The notes under the pieces: model-generated
The model's database searches: none
Told to the model about the DNA's origin: nothing
Seen by the model: only the letters and a program-made list of their open reading frames with translations
Position numbers and translations under genes: made by a program
Part shown: piece by piece, positions 58,800-64,000 of the stretch
How the letters are laid out: each line of letters opens with the position of its first letter
Numbering within the stretch: position 1 is the stretch's first letter
Assembly: GCF_000981445.1 (NCBI RefSeq)
Contig: NC_027216.1
Coordinates: forward strand, 806,001 to 870,000
Direction of reading: 5' to 3'
Source of the DNA: Babesia bigemina
Lineage: Eukaryota
DNA length: 64,000 bases

Positions 58800-60529
58800 A
58801 TGTCAGAAGTATACTGCCTAGAGCCGCCCTGCCGCGGCAGGGTGATTTTACACACCAGCGAAGGCGAGTTAGACATCCGCCTGTGGAGCTCGCAGTGCCC
58901 GAAGGCCGTGCGCAATTTCGTCCAGCTGTGCCTCGAGGGCTACTACAACAACTGCATCTTCCATCGCATAATCCCGCAGTTCATGGTGCAGACGGGCGAC
59001 CCGAGCGGCACGGGTCACGGTCGGTGCCTTCCACGCCGTTGTCACGACGCGCAGGCGGCGAGTCCATCTACGGGGAGCCGTTCGAGAACGAGATAATGTC
59101 TCGCCTGAAGTTCCGCTACCGGGGTAGGCGGCAGCGTCGTCGGCGCAACCCGCGCAGGGCTCGTTGGCATGGCCAACACCGGGGGCAAGCACTCGAACGG
59201 CAGCCAATTCTTCATAACGCTAGGTGGGTACAACGAGTCGGCGCAATTGAACCGTGGTCATGGGCGCCTCGTTACGGCATTTCACGTGCCCTAGTGCCGC
59301 CACGTTTTCGTGAAAGTGTACTGACGGCGCACTGACTACATGCAGAGCGCGCCGACTGCCTGAACGGCAAGTACACCCTGTTCGGCAAGGTCGAGGGCGC
59401 GACCGTGTACAACCTCATGAAGATAGGGCAGGCGGAGGTTAACCCTGCCAACGACCGGCCCACCCACCCCCCTAGGATCATCCGCGTTGAGGTAGGTGGT
59501 GGAGCAGTCCGCTGACACGGGTGTAGGTGCTGGCGAACCCTTTCCCGGACATCCAACCGCGCCTGCTGGCGCTGCACGAACAGCAGGGCGACGAGGAGGA
59601 CGAGCAGCCTGCTGAGAAGGAGGTAGTGTCCGTGAGGTGAGTTGCGGTCCGACCGCCTCGGTGCCCGAGCGCTCCCGTCACGGCTCCGCAGGAAGGCGTG
59701 CCTGCTGTCGTTCGGCGGCGCCGGCGACAGCGATGACGAGGGAGCCGTGCCAGTCAGGATCGGGAAGAAGGCGAAAAGCGCCCACGAGCTCCTGCAGGAC
59801 CCCAAACTGTCTAAGCAGTCCGTGGTGCTGCGCGATGTGGAAAGGGCAGGAGCGGCCGAACCGGCAACTGCCCGGGACGCGCCTGAGGAAGGGCACGACG
59901 AAAGCGCTGATGAACAGTCCCAATCAAGTGGTGACGAGGCGGACGACCGCCGGCGGGAGATCGAGATGCTGCAGAGCCAGCTGCGGTCGAAGAAGCGGGG
60001 CGCCGAGACCGCGCTCAAGGGGCACGACGGCGCCAGCTACATGACCCGCAAGCAGATGAAGCTGTCGGGTGCGAAGCCCAACGTCATGGAGCGCTTCGCA
60101 GCGTTCACCAAGCGGCTGGGCAAGCTCACCAAGGACTCCGCCCTGGCGGCCAAGGCGCAGCAGGAAACCGATGAAGGTACTGAATGGCTGGACGCGCTCA
60201 CCGTTAGCAGACCTCGCCGATGGCTCCTGGTTCGCGGGACGCAAGCTGCAGTTCTCTGTGGACTCCGTTAAGGTACGAGTGCCACGCAAACACGCTATCT
60301 CGCTCAGGCCTACGAGGTCGACGCTGCCAAGGACACCGTTAGTTCCAGCACTTCGGGGAATCATGCTGCCGCAGCTCACGGTGTTCGACCCGCTGCAAGG
60401 TAAAGACAACAGCCTGGGGCGCCTGAGCGCGCTGCGGAAGGACGTGAGTCACGTGGCGTCACACCCATACACCCGCAGGGAACCAAAGGCCATCCGGGGG
60501 GCGGCTCCCGCGACAGACGGGAGCGGTGA
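58800..60529 (+). CDS. CWC27: Spliceosomal cyclophilin CWC27, multi-exon
   Basis: MSEVYCLEPP..CPKAVRNFVQLCLEGYY, FHRIIPQFMVQTGDP, LLSFG and KSAHELLQDPKL. Confidence 0.9.
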
Positions 60530-60552
60530 CTCCGTTACACACATCCTCAATA

Positions 60553-60863
60553 ATGCAGATACTCATCAAAACACTTACAGGGCAGCGCGTTCCTTTCGAT
60601 TTTGAACCCTGCGACACCGTCGCGCAGGTGAAGCGCATCCTCCAGGAGAGCGAACGTAGGCGAAACATTTTACGCGACACGCATCGAATGCAGCGGGCTT
60701 CGAACTGCAGCAGATACGGCTCATCTACTCCGGTAAGCGCCGTGGCGTCGCGCCATCTCACTGCCCCGCAGGCAGACACCTCTCGGACGAGCTCACGCTC
60801 AAGGACTACAAGGTCACGCCCGGCTCTACGATACACATGGTTCTACAGTTGAGGGGTGGTTAG
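60553..60863 (+). CDS. NEDD8: Ubiquitin-like protein NEDD8/Rub1, 3 exons
   Basis: MQILIKTLTG..QQIRLIYSG..GSTIHMVLQLRGG*. Ends directly at the di-Gly. Confidence 0.85.
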
Positions 60864-62766
60864 CGTTTGCCGACCTTGAAAAACCCGCTGGTGTTGTCCA
60901 GTATCGAGTTCTGCTTCTTCACGGCCGGTTTCGCCGCGTCGGGGTTGCACAACTCGATTCCTGCGGCGCGCTTGTTGGTGACAAATGTTGGCCTACCCTG
61001 TAGCGGCGTGAACACCAAGGATGAGGACATTCCGTTGGTTGCGCCGCTGCTCTGCATGGCAACCTGTCGCTTCTTCGCTGCGGGCCGTTAGACACCTTCA
61101 ACTTTTAAACCTACGTAGCTGCACCTTCGTCTGCTTGTGCTGAAGCCTTAGCCTTCCGTAGCCGGTGTACTTGCCGATCATGCCCAGCCCAGACCCTGTC
61201 GGCGTTGGTGACGAGAACGACGTGAAACGCACCGGACTCGAGGCCGTACTCGTCCTCCGCTTCCTCGCCGAACTTGAGGCGGTTGGCGTACTTCCGGAAC
61301 TCGCTGGTGGCCAGTCGCTCCTTGGCCTTGCGCAAACGGCGGCCGCCGCGCTTGGTGGACTTGCGTTCGTCTGGCACCGGTAGCGACTTCTTGGTGGGCG
61401 CTGGCGGCGGCTCCTGGGCCTGGCAACTGCTGTGGGCACCGCCCTCCAACTCACCTTTTGCAGCGCCTGGATGATCATATTGCGATAGTGCACGCCCATG
61501 GAGCCGTCTTTCGATTCTTTGAACATGTCGATTTTCGCGGCCAGGGAGAGCTTGCCGGACACGAGTTTCACGGCGCGGTTACGGGTCGAGGGCTCGGCGT
61601 TCTGGATGATCTCACACGAGTGGATCACTCCCGGAACAACCACGCCCTTGCGGCTCCCTCCCACCAGCATGATGTTTTGCGACGGCATTTTCGCCAGGGT
61701 GGTCAGCCCGCCGGCCTGCGTGATCAGGCGAGCGGCCAGGGCGCTCCCGATTATCGCGCTCACGTTGGGCGCCAGCAGCGTCATCCGACTCTCCAGGTAC
61801 ACCAGAATCTGACACGGTTGTGTTGCACGCAGCGTCAGCCTACGTCGTTGCGAAATTCCGCAAGCAGCAGCCCATCATTGCAGGCAATCAGCACCTGCAA
61901 CATCGTGAGTGCGAGCCACGACACCGTCCACGTTTATACGGCTGAAGAAGCACACACTTAGGACGTGAAACTTCAGCTTTAGTAATGCGCTGGCTTTCAA
62001 AGACGTCGTGATTGCCGGTCACACCACAGCTCATGCGCGCTGACAAGGCCAGTGACACGCATCGTCATCTGCGCCTCGGAGGCGCAACAACCCACCTCTT
62101 TAAGCACGTTGCTTGACAGCACAGACCCGGACGACGTGGTGGCAGCCACGGTGACCGCCATGATCATGGTGTTCGGAAGCAGGTCCGACAGCACGACCTT
62201 CGTGAAATCCTGCGCTGCGTAAAGACACGCTCACGGGTCGCCCACCATCTCGTTCTGCGCGCGCTTCACAACCGAAATGTAATCCAGAGGCGAGTATACG
62301 ATCGATTCCAGCTTTGGGAAGCGCTTGGAGTAGATGTCGCGCACGTAGTTGTAAATGTTGATGATCTCGTTGTCGATTTCGAGCACCGCCTTGTTGCAGT
62401 CCTCGATCAGCGAGAGCTCGCCGGGATCAACTGCGCTCTCTAGAGTGAGTGCCTTGACACGCTGGCGGGAATTGAAAGCGCGGTCCAGGGACCTACCTCG
62501 ACCAAGCCGTTCATCACGGGGTCCGTCACCATCGCCGAGTACGAGCTGCCCGCTGAGCCCTCGGCGCTGAAGTACTCCGCCACCGCGTCGATGATCGGCG
62601 CATCTTCGTCGGAGTCGTAGACCTTGGACTCGGCGCTGCCGCCCGAAGGGGCGACGTCGGCCGCCGCCTCCTCCTCGCGCTCGAGGTCGTCGAGGTCGTC
62701 CAGAAAGGAGTCCACCAGTGAGGCCTGCACCGCTCGGTATAACTGGGCAGTATTCGAAAATACCAT
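60860..62766 (-). CDS. PRP31: U4/U6 snRNP protein Prp31, multi-exon
   Basis: M|ASLVDSFLDDLDDL, YSKRFPKLESIV, LAPNVSAIIG, KRGGRRLRKAKE and SGATNGMSSSLVFTPLQG. Confidence 0.93.
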
Positions 62767-62998
62767 TGCGATGTGGAAGACTTGTTGGCACTGACCACTG
62801 GGCGCTCGGCCTTCGCCGCGGCTGTGCAGTGGGCACTACTACACATCCCGAGCTCCTCCTGTGCCCTCCCGCTTCCACACAGCGGAATACAAACTCCACA
62901 TATCGCAACTAAATGGCTTGTTTGGCGCTGTAACGCCGCCGCCTACGCTTCTGAGCGCCTCTTCAACCTCTCGCCGGTGACGGTCTACGACGAGGCCG

Positions 62999-64000
62999 AT
63001 GACGGTGAAGGCCGCGGCGGTAGCCGTAAGCGGGGCCATCCAGGCCGTGCGCGCCGTGGTGCAGCGAAGCAGGGCGGAAACAAAGGATCTGTGCGCGGTT
63101 CTCAACAGGTGCTGCGCGAACAAGGCCCACCGCTACGTGCTCAGCTCGGTGGACTCCGTCTTCCACGGCCTGACGATACCGTCAAACGCGGATGCGGAGT
63201 GGTCCGGGGACAGGAAATCCGCCGTGTTGACCCTTTGCAAGCTGCCGAGAGCTGTCTACTTGCCGCGGTCGTCCGATGTCACCCGGCCGGGCCCGGATCT
63301 CGGCGCCGTCCTGGACGGTGAACTGCAGAGCTGGGACTCTGTAGAGCGGACGCTGCAGGACTACAGCGCGTTCGCGAGCGAGCTCGCTGAGACGGCGGAG
63401 TTCGTGTCGGCGCATTCACTCGACGGCGCCTTCGGGCCCCTCCGGCCGTCCGCCGTCGAGGTGCTCAACAAGTACAAGCAGCTGCTGCTGCAGGACACCC
63501 GGCTCGGCGATCTCCGCAAGCTCACGTACGCCGCGCAGCTGCTGCACGTGCTCAAGATGCACTCGATAGACAGCGACAACCTGACGGAGCTGATCAGCGC
63601 CATCGTGGCGAAGACGCCGCAGATCCTGAGGCAGTGCAGCCTGCCCACGCTGGACTCCATCGCCAAGATCAAGCTGCCGAGCAAGGAGAAGGAGTACTTG
63701 GACTACTTCCTGCGCATGGTCACCACGAAGCCGATGAAGCTCAAGCAGTGGTCCGAGCTGTTCTGGCTGGTGGCGCGCAACAGCGACAACCGGAACACGA
63801 TCGATTCCTTCCTGCACTGCTACAAGATCGTGGCGCGGCACATGAACCGCGTGGAGTCCGCGGAAGGCGCCAAGGAGAAGGCGAAGTCGGTGCTGTGCTC
63901 GTCGCTGATGAACGTCGTCTACGGCGTGACTACGCTGCAGAAGCGGCTGCGCCCCAGCGACCCGGTCTACAAGAACGCGCTGGGCGTCCTGGAGGCGGTG
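62999..64000 (+). CDS. Helical hypothetical protein, 5' part (runs off the right edge)
   Basis: Frame open from ATG 62999 (MTVKAAAV..) to the window end with strong GC3 bias. Family not recognised. Confidence 0.7.
   Translation, partial: MTVKAAAVAVSGAIQAVRAVVQRSRAETKDLCAVLNRCCANKAHRYVLSSVDSVFHGLTIPSNADAEWSGDRKSAVLTLCKLPRAVYLPRSSDVTRPGPDLGAVLDGELQSWDSVERTLQDYSAFASELAETAEFVSAHSLDGAFGPLRPSAVEVLNKYKQLLLQDTRLGDLRKLTYAAQLLHVLKMHSIDSDNLTELISAIVAKTPQILRQCSLPTLDSIAKIKLPSKEKEYLDYFLRMVTTKPMKLKQWSELFWLVARNSDNRNTIDSFLHCYKIVARHMNRVESAEGAKEKAKSVLCSSLMNVVYGVTTLQKRLRPSDPVYKNALGVLEAV

Noticed and set aside
56813..59335. 840-aa ORF suggesting an extended TBCE or a TBCE-cyclophilin fusion
   Set aside because: The frame simply reads through intron 58574..58613. 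Spliced TBCE ends at 58721 and CWC27 is in another frame.
41584..63841. Numerous long antisense and alternate-frame ORFs (e.g. opposite H2A.Z, 14-3-3, YqeH, TBCE)
   Set aside because: Shadow ORFs caused by high GC3 codon bias in the real genes.
1..64000. CRISPR arrays, transposases, rRNA or telomeric repeats
   Set aside because: None seen. The sequence is eukaryotic with no repeat-spacer arrays or mobile-element ORFs.

Overview
Eukaryotic, intron-rich genomic DNA from a piroplasmid apicomplexan, most likely Babesia sensu stricto (B. bigemina/ovata/caballi-like). This rests on a VESA1-like gene, 6-Cys genes, PCNA2 and modal introns of about 33-41 nt. The left ~11.8 kb is an AT-rich, gene-poor accessory island. 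In it, two divergently oriented 6-Cys (s48/45) genes share a near-identical inverted repeat of at least 580 bp and enclose a ves-like gene. The rest is a very compact, increasingly GC-rich housekeeping region: URB1/Npa1, an L/F-tRNA-protein transferase-like gene, Hsp40, bL32, two convergent paralogous TSP1 plus H-type-lectin-like adhesins (MIC14/MIC15-like), a RING E3, DDX6/DOZI, Trs31, H2A.Z, FAM136A, Fcf1, 14-3-3, mitoferrin, PRCC, a YqeH GTPase, a thioredoxin/PDI-like protein, PCNA2, TBCE, CWC27, NEDD8 and Prp31. The main leads are (i) a potentially invertible promoter-swap or gene-conversion cassette formed by the 6-Cys inverted repeat, (ii) hairpin-packed long introns, including a possible poison exon in DDX6, (iii) the paired TSP1 adhesin locus with a shared repeated Cys module, and (iv) a GC-AG intron, unannotated spliced small genes and overlapping genes. 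Gene models were spliced by eye and no database searches were run.
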